From positions 694 through 64,693 of the forward strand of contig CALLKA010000149.1 of NCBI GenBank assembly GCA_938008665.1: a stretch of DNA of 64,000 bases, read 5' to 3'. Origin of the DNA: an uncultured Bacteroidota bacterium. GTDB taxonomy: Bacteria; Bacteroidota; Bacteroidia; Chitinophagales; Chitinophagaceae. The notes beneath the pieces were generated by a model, which made no database searches, was not told the DNA's origin, and was given only the letters and a program-made list of their open reading frames with translations. The translations under genes were made by a program, and so were the position numbers. Each line of letters opens with the position of its first letter. Positions within the stretch are counted from its first letter, which is position 1. Of the stretch, positions 39,634 to 49,646 are shown one piece after another.

Positions 39634-40779
39634 ATGGCGTATGTATTAGATTGGATCGTAGCAATTTTAACCATTTTATACGCAGGTTTATTATTAGCCT
39701 ATCGTTATTGGTACCACAAATTAAACAATTTTGAAGGGGTTACCGGTGCATATCCATTGGCAAATAACTATACGCATTTTACCATCATCATTCCAGCACG
39801 CAATGAGGCGGCGAATATCAAGACATGTGTGGATACTATTTTAGCGCAAAATTATCCTTCCGAATTTTATGAAATCATTGTCATTGATGATTTTTCTGAA
39901 GACGACACTGCTTTTATTGTAAAAGCAATGCAAGATAAAAATGCACAAGTACATTTATTAAGTTTATCAGATTATTATAAGGAAAATGAAATTAGTTCCT
40001 TCAAGAAAAAGGCGATAGAAAAAGCGGTATTGCACGCCAAGGGTGATTGGATTATTACTACTGATGCTGATTGTATGGTGCCGCCCAATTGGCTTTTATT
40101 GTATCATCAATTTATAGAAAAAAACAAACCCGTATTTGTAGCTGCACCAGTGATGTTTATTCAAGCACCTGGAATATTAAATCATTTTCAAGTACTGGAT
40201 TTTTTAGCATTACAAGGCATTACAGCTGCAGCAGTGGGCGCTGGCAAACATTCCATGAGCAATGGTGCTAATTTGGCATTTGAGAAATCAGCATTTATTG
40301 CAGTAGGCGGTTATCAAGGTGTGGATGAAATTGCAAGTGGCGATGATATGTTTTTAATGCATAAAATGAAAAAAACTTTATCCAATCGCATTGGTTATTT
40401 ATTTCATCCCGATGCAATTGTTTTAACGAAAGCAATGGATCAATGGAAGGATTTAATTATGCAACGCATTCGATGGTCAAGTAAAGCGCGTTTTTATGAT
40501 GATAATTCTATTTTTTGGGTTTTGTTATTAGTGTATTTGTATAATTTTAGTTTTTTGCTTTTATTATTCATGGGCAGTTTTGAAACATTCATCATCTCCC
40601 TAGCATTTAAAACATTTTTTGAATTATTTTTCTTAGAGGCAGTGGCGCGGTTTTACAATTTAAAGCCGGCACTTAGGTGGTTTGTACTTTTTCAACCCCT
40701 TCACATTTTTTATACCATCATTGCCGGATTATTCGGCCAAGTAAAAACCTATACCTGGAAGGGTCGAAAGGTAAAATAG
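39634..40779 (+). CDS. GT2 family glycosyltransferase, membrane-associated
   Basis: IIIPARNE, IDDFSED, TDAD, SGDD, QRIRW; terminal TM helices. Confidence 0.92.
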   Translation: MAYVLDWIVAILTILYAGLLLAYRYWYHKLNNFEGVTGAYPLANNYTHFTIIIPARNEAANIKTCVDTILAQNYPSEFYEIIVIDDFSEDDTAFIVKAMQDKNAQVHLLSLSDYYKENEISSFKKKAIEKAVLHAKGDWIITTDADCMVPPNWLLLYHQFIEKNKPVFVAAPVMFIQAPGILNHFQVLDFLALQGITAAAVGAGKHSMSNGANLAFEKSAFIAVGGYQGVDEIASGDDMFLMHKMKKTLSNRIGYLFHPDAIVLTKAMDQWKDLIMQRIRWSSKARFYDDNSIFWVLLLVYLYNFSFLLLLFMGSFETFIISLAFKTFFELFFLEAVARFYNLKPALRWFVLFQPLHIFYTIIAGLFGQVKTYTWKGRKVK

Positions 40780-40938
40780 CCCTTTGTGGAAGCGTTTGGC
40801 CCTAAAATGGGGTAGTTTCTTAAATAAAATACGGTTTTTCAGGGGGTTATAGGTTCAAATTTGTGGTATAAATTGTTGTTTTATGCGTAAAATTTGACCT
40901 TGATTATGTAATTTCGCGTACTAAAATAAGTGATAGAT

Positions 40939-41982
40939 ATGTCGACTGAAACATTAGCCCCAACATTAGCTGCTTTAACTGCAAAAGACTTTGCAACTGA
41001 CCAAGAGGTTCGTTGGTGTCCAGGCTGTGGAGATTATTCCATTTTGGCCTCTGTTCAAAAAGTAATGCCAACCATTGGTGTTCCAAAAGAAAATATTGTA
41101 ATTATTAGTGGGATTGGTTGTAGTAGCCGTTTCCCTTATTATATGAATACTTACGGTATGCATTCCATTCATGGAAGAGCAACTGCCATTGCAAGTGGTT
41201 TAAAAGCTTCTCGCCCTGAATTAAGTGTTTGGATCGTAGCTGGTGATGGTGATTCAATGAGTATTGGTGGTAACCATACCATTCATTTATTAAGAAGAAA
41301 CTTTAATGTTAACTTTTTGGTTTTCAATAACCAAATTTATGGTTTGACAAAAGGGCAATATTCACCTACTTCTGAAGTAAATAAAATTACTAAAAGTTCA
41401 CCAGTAGGAAGTATTGATCATCCGTTTAATCCTGCAGCTTTGGCTTTAGGTGCTGATGCAAGTTTTGTTGGTCGTACCATGGATCGTGACCCTAAGCATA
41501 TGCAAGCAATGATTACACGCGCTGAGCAACATCAAGGAACCTCGTTTTTAGAGATATACCAAAACTGTAACATCTTTAATGATGGTGCATTTGAAATATT
41601 CACTGAAAAATCAACAAAAATGGTGCATGGTTTATTTGTTGAACAAGGAAAGCCATTAACTTTTGGTGCCAACGGTGAAAAAGGAATTCGTTTTGATGGT
41701 ATGCGTCCTGAAGTTGTTGAAATTGGAGATAAATACTCAGCAGATGATATGTGGATTCATGATGAGAAAGATTTTTATAAAGCGCAAATTTTAACCCGCT
41801 TATTTGACAACCCTTCTGAGGAAGGTGCGGTTTTCCCAAGACCATTTGGTATTTTCTATACCAATGATCGTCCTTGTTATGAGGATATGATGGCATTGCA
41901 AATTGAAGAAGCAATGACTAGCAAAGGTCCTGGTGATTTAGATAAGTTGATTCGTGGTAAAGAAACTTGGGAAATTAAATAG
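40939..41982 (+). CDS. korB: 2-oxoacid:ferredoxin oxidoreductase beta subunit
   Basis: WCPGCGD, SGIGCSSR, HSIHGRA, GDGD...IGGNH, NNQIYGLTKGQYSPT. ATG 40939. Confidence 0.92.
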   Translation: MSTETLAPTLAALTAKDFATDQEVRWCPGCGDYSILASVQKVMPTIGVPKENIVIISGIGCSSRFPYYMNTYGMHSIHGRATAIASGLKASRPELSVWIVAGDGDSMSIGGNHTIHLLRRNFNVNFLVFNNQIYGLTKGQYSPTSEVNKITKSSPVGSIDHPFNPAALALGADASFVGRTMDRDPKHMQAMITRAEQHQGTSFLEIYQNCNIFNDGAFEIFTEKSTKMVHGLFVEQGKPLTFGANGEKGIRFDGMRPEVVEIGDKYSADDMWIHDEKDFYKAQILTRLFDNPSEEGAVFPRPFGIFYTNDRPCYEDMMALQIEEAMTSKGPGDLDKLIRGKETWEIK

Positions 41983-42014
41983 CCGCAACGTTTTTACCAA
42001 CAAATACATCATTT

Positions 42015-42044
42015 AAAATGAGTCCAATGGGCTCATTTTTTTTT
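42015..42044 (+). terminator. Intrinsic terminator after korB
   Basis: AAAATGAGTCC-AAT-GGGCTCA followed by T9. Confidence 0.8.
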
Positions 42045-42134
42045 GCGTATACCTTTCGTATTTTAGATTTAACTTTTTCATTTTTCAGTTTATTATTTTT
42101 CCTATTAGTCAATTATTAGTCCTGCGATATTTGT

Positions 42135-42782
42135 TTATAGATCAATGTGATTTTGTTTTAAAGCTTTCATCACCATGGCAGTGCGCTGTTTTACTTGTAG
42201 CTTTTTAAATACCCTGTCGCGATAACCATATATAGTGTTTATACTTTTTTGAAGTGCTTTGGCTATCTCATCATAATTTAAATCCTTGGCACATTGTTGA
42301 ATAAATATAATTTCATTTTGTGTGAGTGGGGTTCGATTATAATTAAGCTCCTTAATACTTATTTCACCGAGCATATTACTGGTGATTAATTTTGATTTGT
42401 CAGAAGATAAATTAAAGCGGGTGCGGTTGCGAACGGTATACTTTAAGTCAATGAGCGGCTCGTCCGTAAAAAAAATACCATGTAATCCATGCTTCATTAA
42501 ATAGCAAATGGCACGCATAAACTTACTATCCGACTTTAACATAATAAATGGGTGATTGCTTCTTGTTTTAATACATTTGATTACTTCCACAATTTCAAAA
42601 TAATTGTAACTATCAGCGATGATACACAAATCTGGAATTTGTTTTTCATTTTTGATATAATCACAAAAATCGCTAATGGATCCGGTGCTAAACAACACTT
42701 TACATTCTTCTTGTTTTTCAATACTTAGTTTCAAGGAATCACGCGTAACTAATTTCTGTTCCAAATAAATGATACTAAACAT
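42135..42782 (-). CDS. LuxR/NarL-type regulator with a degenerate receiver domain
   Basis: C-terminal LTQNE..FI...A.DLNYDEIA..L.KSINTI.GYRDRVFKKLQVKQRT; receiver-like PDLCII segment with poorly conserved acidic residues. Confidence 0.75.
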   Translation of the reverse strand: MFSIIYLEQKLVTRDSLKLSIEKQEECKVLFSTGSISDFCDYIKNEKQIPDLCIIADSYNYFEIVEVIKCIKTRSNHPFIMLKSDSKFMRAICYLMKHGLHGIFFTDEPLIDLKYTVRNRTRFNLSSDKSKLITSNMLGEISIKELNYNRTPLTQNEIIFIQQCAKDLNYDEIAKALQKSINTIYGYRDRVFKKLQVKQRTAMVMKALKQNHIDL

Positions 42783-42853
42783 GGCTAATATTTATTTGAA
42801 AACTAAAACAAACCTATTGGAGTAAAAAGGAGTAGTTTTGCACAACAGAAATT

Positions 42854-43462
42854 ATGCTAATTAGTATTCATCCTACAAATCCGCAGACTAGACAGCTTGC
42901 TATTATTAAAGATTGTTTGGAAAGTGGCGGTATTATTGCATATCCCACTGATACGATCTATGGGCTGGGTTGTGACATTTTTCATCCAGAAGCAGTTGCG
43001 AAAATTTGTGCGATCAAAAAAGTAAATCTAGAAAAAGCGCAGTTAAGTTTTATTTGCTCAGACCTAAGTCATTTGAGTAATTATGCGAAGAGTATTAACA
43101 ATTCTTTGTTCCGAATTTTAAAAAGCACTTTACCTGGGCCATTTACTTTTGTATTACCTGCGAGTAAGGAAGTGCCTAAAATTTTACAAAACAAGAAAAA
43201 AACAATTGGACTTCGCATCCCTGATAATAAAATTGCATTAGCAATTATTGAAACATTAGGACATCCTATATTATCCGCATCCTTCCCGGGTGAAAATATT
43301 GAAGATTATACCGATCCTGAAATTATTCAAGAACATTGGGGTAAACAAATTGATATTGTCATTGATGGCGGTATCGGAGGCATTATTCCTTCCACCGTCG
43401 TAGATTGTACCGCCGATGAATATATTATTTTAAGACAAGGCCTCGGTATTTGGGAATTTTAA
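42854..43462 (+). CDS. Sua5/YciO/YrdC family protein (YciO-like)
   Basis: IHPTNPQ.R, AYPTDTIYGLGC, LPGPFTFVL, TIGLRIPD, PSTVVD. Confidence 0.9.
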   Translation: MLISIHPTNPQTRQLAIIKDCLESGGIIAYPTDTIYGLGCDIFHPEAVAKICAIKKVNLEKAQLSFICSDLSHLSNYAKSINNSLFRILKSTLPGPFTFVLPASKEVPKILQNKKKTIGLRIPDNKIALAIIETLGHPILSASFPGENIEDYTDPEIIQEHWGKQIDIVIDGGIGGIIPSTVVDCTADEYIILRQGLGIWEF

Positions 43463-43495
43463 TAGGCTGAATAACCAGTCAAATGATAGGAGTCA

Positions 43496-44098
43496 TTATA
43501 ATAAGACAAGTTGTGTTGGCAAAATTTTAAAGCTTTTTCGGTGCTCCTGGCATAAGCCATGTTCGGCGATGGCTGCGCGGTGTGAAGCGGTACCGTATCC
43601 TTTATTTTTATCCCAGCCATACTGCGGATATTTTTTATGCAGCTTTTTCATCCATTCATCCCGCGCAGTTTTGGCCAGTATACTGGCCGCAGCTATGTTC
43701 GCATAGATGCCATCGCCCTTGATAATGGTTTGATGTGGAATTTTTTTATATGCATAAAACCGATTCCCATCAACAGCAATAAACTTTGCTTTTGGTTTTA
43801 ATTGGTCCAAGGCAAGGTGCATGCATTTGATGGCTGCTTTTAATATATTGGAAGCGTCAATTTCGGCGGCGGATTGCTTTGCAATCGCCCATGTAATGGC
43901 GGATGCTTTTATAATGGGGGCTAATAGTTCTCTTTGCGCTTCGGTGAGTTGTTTACTGTCATTTAACAGTGGGTGATAAAAGTTTTTAGGAAGCACCACC
44001 GCCGCCGCAAATACGGGCCCTGCATAACAACCCCTGCCGGCTTCGTCGCAGCCGGCTTCCAATAATTGGTCTTGGTATTGATTGTTTAGTTTAGACAA
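43496..44098 (-). CDS. rnhB: Ribonuclease HII
   Basis: GCDEAGRG..AGPV, LNDSKQL, KGDG...IAAASILAK..RD, NKGYGT, HRKSF. TTG start. Confidence 0.95.
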   Translation of the reverse strand: MSKLNNQYQDQLLEAGCDEAGRGCYAGPVFAAAVVLPKNFYHPLLNDSKQLTEAQRELLAPIIKASAITWAIAKQSAAEIDASNILKAAIKCMHLALDQLKPKAKFIAVDGNRFYAYKKIPHQTIIKGDGIYANIAAASILAKTARDEWMKKLHKKYPQYGWDKNKGYGTASHRAAIAEHGLCQEHRKSFKILPTQLVLL

Positions 44099-44300
44099 GG
44101 TTTAATATTCTTTGTTTAATGAAGGGGTACTTAAGCGATCTCTATGCAGATGTCTAGATGAACCTTAATATCTTTAAATATTTTTTGTTCATTTTGGCAC
44201 CTAAATATGGTTGTAAAATTCAAACATATGGCTGACAAATCAAAATCAATCTCACTGCCTTGTTTGATTACTTTGTACCTTTGCCCTATAAATGTAAGGC

Positions 44301-45374
44301 ATGGATTTCAACGATCATAAATCAAAAAAAGTAGCTAATTGGCTATTATTAGGGGTATTCATGACAGTGATCCAAGTTGGTTTGGGGGGTATTACACGTT
44401 TAACGGGTAGCGGCCTTTCCATCACGGAGTGGGATGTAGTTACAGGAGCACTTCCTCCAATGAGTGAAACTACTTGGCAGGAATTATTTGCGAAATATAA
44501 AACAACCCCTCAGTTTCAATTACTCAATTTTGATTTCACGATTACTAACTTTAAATTCATCTTTTTTTGGGAGTGGTTTCATCGTTTATGGGCACGTACC
44601 ATTGGATTAGTTTTTGCTTTTGGATTTATTTATTTTTTAGCAAAAAAATATTTTCAACCAAGGATGATCAAACCTTTGTTGATTTTATTTTTATTAGGTG
44701 CTTTACAAGGTGCTATTGGTTGGATTATGGTGGCAAGTGGGTTAGAAGGTGATGCTGTTTATGTTAAACCAACTAGGTTAGCCCTCCACTTTGTTTTTGC
44801 ATTAGGATTACTAGCTTATACTTATTGGTTTGCCTTATCACTCACTGTAACACCGATTCGCAGAAATAGTGGTAATCAGGATGCGACTGATAAAATTAGG
44901 GGCATTCGAACATTTGCATGGGTTCTTTTATTGATTTTATTTTTTCAATTAATATATGGGGCATTGATGGCGGGACATAAAGCAGCCAATGTTGCAGCAA
45001 CCTGGCCCACAATCAATGGACAGTGGTTGCCTTCCGGATTATTGAACAAGGATGATTTTTTAATGAATGCAATTAATAATACGATTTGGGTTCATTTTAT
45101 ACACCGGGGGCTTGCTTACTTATTATTAGTACTTGTTATTTTTTGGACTGCTCGGTTATTAAAATTACAAGGAAACAATTTTTGGGTACGCGCCAGAATA
45201 CTACCAGCGATTTTGGTATTCCTACAAATTGTTTTAGGTATTTTTACTGTACTATCAAGTGCAAATATTGTACCTGGTGTATGGGGTGGTTTTGAATGGT
45301 TGGCGCAATTGCACCAACTTGTAGGGATGTTATTCCTGCTGTCGGTAATAAATATTTTATACGCTACGAAATAA
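44301..45374 (+). CDS. ctaA: Heme A synthase (COX15/CtaA)
   Basis: GGITRLTGSGLSITEW, WEWFHRLWAR, GWIMVASGL, RLALH, HFIHR, AQLHQ. Confidence 0.93.
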   Translation: MDFNDHKSKKVANWLLLGVFMTVIQVGLGGITRLTGSGLSITEWDVVTGALPPMSETTWQELFAKYKTTPQFQLLNFDFTITNFKFIFFWEWFHRLWARTIGLVFAFGFIYFLAKKYFQPRMIKPLLILFLLGALQGAIGWIMVASGLEGDAVYVKPTRLALHFVFALGLLAYTYWFALSLTVTPIRRNSGNQDATDKIRGIRTFAWVLLLILFFQLIYGALMAGHKAANVAATWPTINGQWLPSGLLNKDDFLMNAINNTIWVHFIHRGLAYLLLVLVIFWTARLLKLQGNNFWVRARILPAILVFLQIVLGIFTVLSSANIVPGVWGGFEWLAQLHQLVGMLFLLSVINILYATK

Positions 45375-45380
45375 TTTTTT

Positions 45381-46025
45381 ATGCAAAAAGATATAGCTTC
45401 TATACGCCGCGATTACCAACTAGCTTCTTTAGATGAAGCTGCGACCTCCGCAAATCCAATGGATCAATTTGAACATTGGTGGGAGGATGCTACTGCAAGT
45501 AATATTGATGAAGTAAACGCATTTGTTCTTTCCACCGTTGATGCCCTACGCGCTCCTTCGTCGCGCGTAGTTTTATTAAAAGGGTATACTCCAGCAGGTT
45601 TTGTTTTTTTTACCAATTATGACAGTGCAAAAGGGCAGGAGATTGTTGCAAATCCTATTGTTGCAATGAACTTTTTTTGGAAGGAATTAGAAAGACAAAT
45701 TCGTATCACAGGCACCATCAAAAAAATTAGCATGGAAGAAAGCGATGAATATTTTCACTCTCGTCCACTCGGTAGTCAAGTAGGTGCTATTTCATCTCCG
45801 CAAAGTAAAGTCATTCCCAATCGTGAATACCTTGAACAATTAGTTGCTACCAATTTAGAAAAGTACAAAGAAGGGAATGTGCCACTGCCTTCGAATTGGG
45901 GTGGATATATTGTACATCCTACAAATATTGAATTTTGGCAAGGACGTAGCTCTCGCTTACATGATCGTATTAAATATAATTTGTCGTCGGATGGTCAATG
46001 GACTAAAGTACGTTTAGCCCCTTAG
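45381..46025 (+). CDS. pdxH: Pyridoxamine 5'-phosphate oxidase
   Basis: RVVLLK, FFTNYDSAKG, YFHSRP..SQ, EFWQGRSSRLHDR, RLAP. Confidence 0.96.
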   Translation: MQKDIASIRRDYQLASLDEAATSANPMDQFEHWWEDATASNIDEVNAFVLSTVDALRAPSSRVVLLKGYTPAGFVFFTNYDSAKGQEIVANPIVAMNFFWKELERQIRITGTIKKISMEESDEYFHSRPLGSQVGAISSPQSKVIPNREYLEQLVATNLEKYKEGNVPLPSNWGGYIVHPTNIEFWQGRSSRLHDRIKYNLSSDGQWTKVRLAP

Positions 46026-46050
46026 TTAATTTTACAAACGCATTTGATGT

Positions 46051-46092
46051 AAACAAAAAGATCCTTCGAGTACTCGAAGGATCTTTTTGTTT
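46051..46092. terminator. Perfect 42-bp palindrome; bidirectional terminator between convergent genes
   Basis: AAACAAAAAGATCCTTCGAGT|ACTCGAAGGATCTTTTTGTTT, with T-rich tails on both strands. Confidence 0.85.
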
Positions 46093-46114
46093 TGAGCTAT
46101 AATTTATTTCTTAA

Positions 46115-47080
46115 TTATTTCTTACGTCCTAATACTTTTTTAGCTGCTGCCACAATATTCGGTGTGTCCAAGCCATACTTCGCTAATAATTGATTCGGTG
46201 TTCCACTCTCACCAAAAGTATCTTGTGTACCAATATATTCAATGGGCACTGGACAATGTTTTGCTGCCACTTGTGCAACAGCATCACCCATACCACCAAT
46301 GACATTATGTTCTTCCGCAGTTACTGCACATCCAGTTTTTGAAATGCTTGCAACAATTGCGTCCACATCCAATGGCTTAATGGTATGTAAATTGATTACT
46401 TCAACACTGATGCCTTCTGCTTCTAATAATTTACCTGCTTCAATCGCTTTCCAAACCAAATGACCGCAAGCAAAAATTGAGATATCTTTTCCGTCACTTA
46501 ATTTTTGTGCTTTTCCAATCACAAAATCAGAACCATCTTCTTTGGTAAAGTTGGGCCATTTTGGACGACCAAATCTTAAGTACACAGGGCCTTGATAATC
46601 AGCAATTGCTTTGGTTGCCGCTTTGGTTTGATTAAAATCACAAGGTACCACAACAGTCATACCAGGTAACATTTTCATGAGTCCGATATCTTCTAATATT
46701 TGATGCGTTGCGCCATCTTCTCCTAAAGTTAATCCAGCGTGCGATGCACAAATTTTTACATTCTTATCTGAGTAAGCAACACTTTGTCTAATTTGATCAT
46801 ACACTCTTCCTGTACTAAAGTTCGCAAAGGTAGTGGTGTAAGGAATTTTACCTCCTATCGTTAATCCAGCTGCAATGCCAATCATATTTGCTTCTGCAAT
46901 ACCCACTTCAATAAAACGATCCGGAAATTCTTTGATGAATGGGCCTAATTTAAAGGAACCAGCTAAATCGGCTGTTAAAACAACTACTTCGCTATTTTGT
47001 TTTGCGAGCTCATGAATACCTTCGCCAAATCCAGCTCTGGTTTCTTTTTCATTAAGCATCACGATATCTGTTACATTCAT
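46115..47080 (-). CDS. Transketolase C-terminal subunit (pyrimidine-binding plus C-terminal domain)
   Basis: GIAEANMIG.AAG, GEDGATHQ, GPVYLRFGR, TIKPLD, EEHNVIGG, DTFGESG. Confidence 0.92.
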   Translation of the reverse strand: MNVTDIVMLNEKETRAGFGEGIHELAKQNSEVVVLTADLAGSFKLGPFIKEFPDRFIEVGIAEANMIGIAAGLTIGGKIPYTTTFANFSTGRVYDQIRQSVAYSDKNVKICASHAGLTLGEDGATHQILEDIGLMKMLPGMTVVVPCDFNQTKAATKAIADYQGPVYLRFGRPKWPNFTKEDGSDFVIGKAQKLSDGKDISIFACGHLVWKAIEAGKLLEAEGISVEVINLHTIKPLDVDAIVASISKTGCAVTAEEHNVIGGMGDAVAQVAAKHCPVPIEYIGTQDTFGESGTPNQLLAKYGLDTPNIVAAAKKVLGRKK

Positions 47081-47116
47081 ATTTTTATATTAAAGCTTTA
47101 TTAAAGCGGTGATCAT

Positions 47117-48763
47117 TTAGTTTTCAAAAGTGGAATAAAAATAGGGTGTCTTTGCTTCAAACTCAGCGCTACAGGTATCCACCATTTTATAAACGCGGGT
47201 AATGCCTAATGCTTTTCGTTTCTCATATACTGCATCATCGTTGGTATTTCCTTTTAATACTTTCGCAATTTGCATATCACTAAATCCATGTTGTTTTGCT
47301 TCCTTAATTAATTCAGTAGGGATAGAATTAATATCGTGGTTCATTAATTCTTTTTCAATATTGCAGATAATACGTATTTGATATAAGAACCAAGAATCAA
47401 TACCAGTAGCGGCTACAATGGAACGAACTGTTGATCCTTGCATTAATGCATCTTTGATTCTGAATATACGATCCCACTTGGGTACTTTAATATACTCCAT
47501 CAATTCCTCATTCTTCATCAAGCTTTTTCCATAATAACCTAAGCCAATCGCTTCATTCTCCAGGCTTTGACAAGCTTTTTGAATGGCTTCTGTAAAGCTT
47601 CTTCCAATCGCCATTACTTCACCTACGCTTTTCATTTGTAAACCTAAGGTATCATTTGCTCCTTTGAATTTATCAAAATTCCAACGAGGTACCTTTACAA
47701 TTACATAATCCAAAGCAGGTTCAAAGTAGGCGGAAGTTGTTTGTGTGATTTGATTTTTTAATTCATCCAATCTATAACCAATCGCCAACTTTGCAGCAAT
47801 TTTTGCAATGGGGTAACCCGTCGCTTTTGACGCTAATGCAGAGGAGCGAGAAACACGTGGATTAATTTCCACAGCTATTAATTCTTCGGTTACTGGATTT
47901 TGTGCAAATTGCACATTACATCCGCCAGCAAAATTTCCCAAACTGCGCATCATCAACATTGCCTTATTACGCATGTCCTGAAACGATGTATCACTTAAGG
48001 TCATTGCTGGTGCTACTGTGATTGAATCACCAGTATGCACACCCATTGGATCCAAGTTTTCAACAGTACATATAATAACTACATTATCAGCTTGGTCTCT
48101 TAATAATTCTAATTCATATTCTTTCCATCCTAGTACTGCTTTTTCAACCAATACTTCATGCATCGGAGAGGCCTTCAAACCTTTTTCCAATGCGGCATCT
48201 AATTCACTTGCATCATGTACAAATCCGCCCCCTGTTCCACCTAAGGTGAATGACGGACGAATTACTAATGGAAACCCAATCACCTGTGCAAATTCTTTTC
48301 CTTCTAAAAAACTATTCGCTACTCGGCTTGGAGCTACTGCTACACCAATTTTCACCATTAATTGTCTGAACTGCTCTCTATCTTCTGCTAAATCAATCGC
48401 TGCAACATCCACACCAATCATGCGACAATTATACTGTTTCCATAATCCTATTTCATCTGCTTCCTTACATAAGTTTAATGCTGTTTGTCCACCCATTGTT
48501 GGTAGTACTGCATCAATTTGATTCTCTTGTAAAATTTGTTCAATGCTCTCCACATTTAATGGTAATAGATAAACCTTATCCGCCATCATTGGATCGGTCA
48601 TGATCGTAGCTGGATTACTATTAATCAATATCACATTAATTCCCTCTTCTCTCAATGATCTTGCGGCTTGAGAACCAGAGTAATCAAATTCGCAGGCTTG
48701 ACCAATAATAATGGGTCCAGATCCTACAATTAATACGGTTTTGATGGATGTGTCTTTGGGCAT
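47117..48763 (-). CDS. carB: Carbamoyl-phosphate synthase large chain, N-terminal half only (548 aa)
   Basis: GSGPIIIGQACEFDYSGSQA, NSNPATIMTDP, GVHTGDS, EINPRVSRSSALASKATGYPIAK; ends YKMVDTCSAEFEAKTPYFYSTFEN-stop. Confidence 0.92.
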   Translation of the reverse strand: MPKDTSIKTVLIVGSGPIIIGQACEFDYSGSQAARSLREEGINVILINSNPATIMTDPMMADKVYLLPLNVESIEQILQENQIDAVLPTMGGQTALNLCKEADEIGLWKQYNCRMIGVDVAAIDLAEDREQFRQLMVKIGVAVAPSRVANSFLEGKEFAQVIGFPLVIRPSFTLGGTGGGFVHDASELDAALEKGLKASPMHEVLVEKAVLGWKEYELELLRDQADNVVIICTVENLDPMGVHTGDSITVAPAMTLSDTSFQDMRNKAMLMMRSLGNFAGGCNVQFAQNPVTEELIAVEINPRVSRSSALASKATGYPIAKIAAKLAIGYRLDELKNQITQTTSAYFEPALDYVIVKVPRWNFDKFKGANDTLGLQMKSVGEVMAIGRSFTEAIQKACQSLENEAIGLGYYGKSLMKNEELMEYIKVPKWDRIFRIKDALMQGSTVRSIVAATGIDSWFLYQIRIICNIEKELMNHDINSIPTELIKEAKQHGFSDMQIAKVLKGNTNDDAVYEKRKALGITRVYKMVDTCSAEFEAKTPYFYSTFEN

Positions 48764-48878
48764 GGCTACAAAAATATAAATTGCGCAAAACTACATAATT
48801 TTACCCGAAATTGTCTCCTTTTACACCCTAAACATTTTTGTCCTTTTTAAATGCTACCTTCACAGCCAACTCAAGTTT

Positions 48879-49343
48879 ATGGCAGTTATCAAAGAAGGGG
48901 CTAAAGCGCCTCAGTTTAAAGGTGTTGACCAACACGGCAATACAGTTTCCATCGCAGATTTTAAAGGTAAAAAGCTCGTATTATACTTTTACCCAAAGGA
49001 CGATACACCAGGATGTACCGCACAGGCTTGTAATTTACGTGATAACTATAAAGCATTGCTTAAGAAGGGCTTACAAGTGTTAGGGGTGAGCGTAGATTCG
49101 GTTAAATCCCATGAAAAATTCATCGAAAAGTACGATTTGCCTTTTTCTTTAATAGCAGATGAGGACAAAAAAATTGTAGATAAATACAATTTATGGGGTC
49201 AAAAAAAGTTCATGGGCCGCACTTATATGGGCACAACAAGAACTACATTTTTGATAGATGAAGCTGGGATGGTGCGCTTTATTATTGAGAAGCCAGATAC
49301 CAAGGATCACACCAAAGAAATTTTAGCGATTAGCGGTTGGTAA
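48879..49343 (+). CDS. bcp: Thioredoxin-dependent thiol peroxidase (Bcp/PrxQ)
   Basis: LYFYPKDDTPGCTAQAC, RTTFLID. Confidence 0.95.
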   Translation: MAVIKEGAKAPQFKGVDQHGNTVSIADFKGKKLVLYFYPKDDTPGCTAQACNLRDNYKALLKKGLQVLGVSVDSVKSHEKFIEKYDLPFSLIADEDKKIVDKYNLWGQKKFMGRTYMGTTRTTFLIDEAGMVRFIIEKPDTKDHTKEILAISGW

Positions 49344-49365
49344 AATCCAACTTTCATCATATTTG

Positions 49366-49404
49366 AACACCCCGTATCTATTTAAATACGGGGTGTTTTG
49401 TTTT
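49366..49404 (+). terminator. Intrinsic terminator after bcp
   Basis: AACACCCCGTAT-N8-ATACGGGGTGTT followed by TTGTTTT. Confidence 0.8.
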
Positions 49405-49646
49405 AAATTCATTCGGCAGCATTTGTATTCCAACATTGAAAATTTATTGGAATAATTTTTTTGCTGCTTGGCTTAATAATTGAACGAACTTATTTTTTAT
49501 CGCTTCGAAGGATTTCCCAATGTGAATCATCCAATTAACAACTGTTCATATACAAATTATAAAAGCATTTATATTGATTTGTTAATATTATACACTTGAT
49601 TTAAACTTTATTATTATTTTCATATCTAATTCACAAACCTTCCCCT

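Noticed and set aside
49412-49530. Imperfect inverted repeat and a 28-codon minus-strand ORF between bcp and the YHYH gene
   Set aside because: The pairing is weak and AT-rich, and the ORF has no supporting features.
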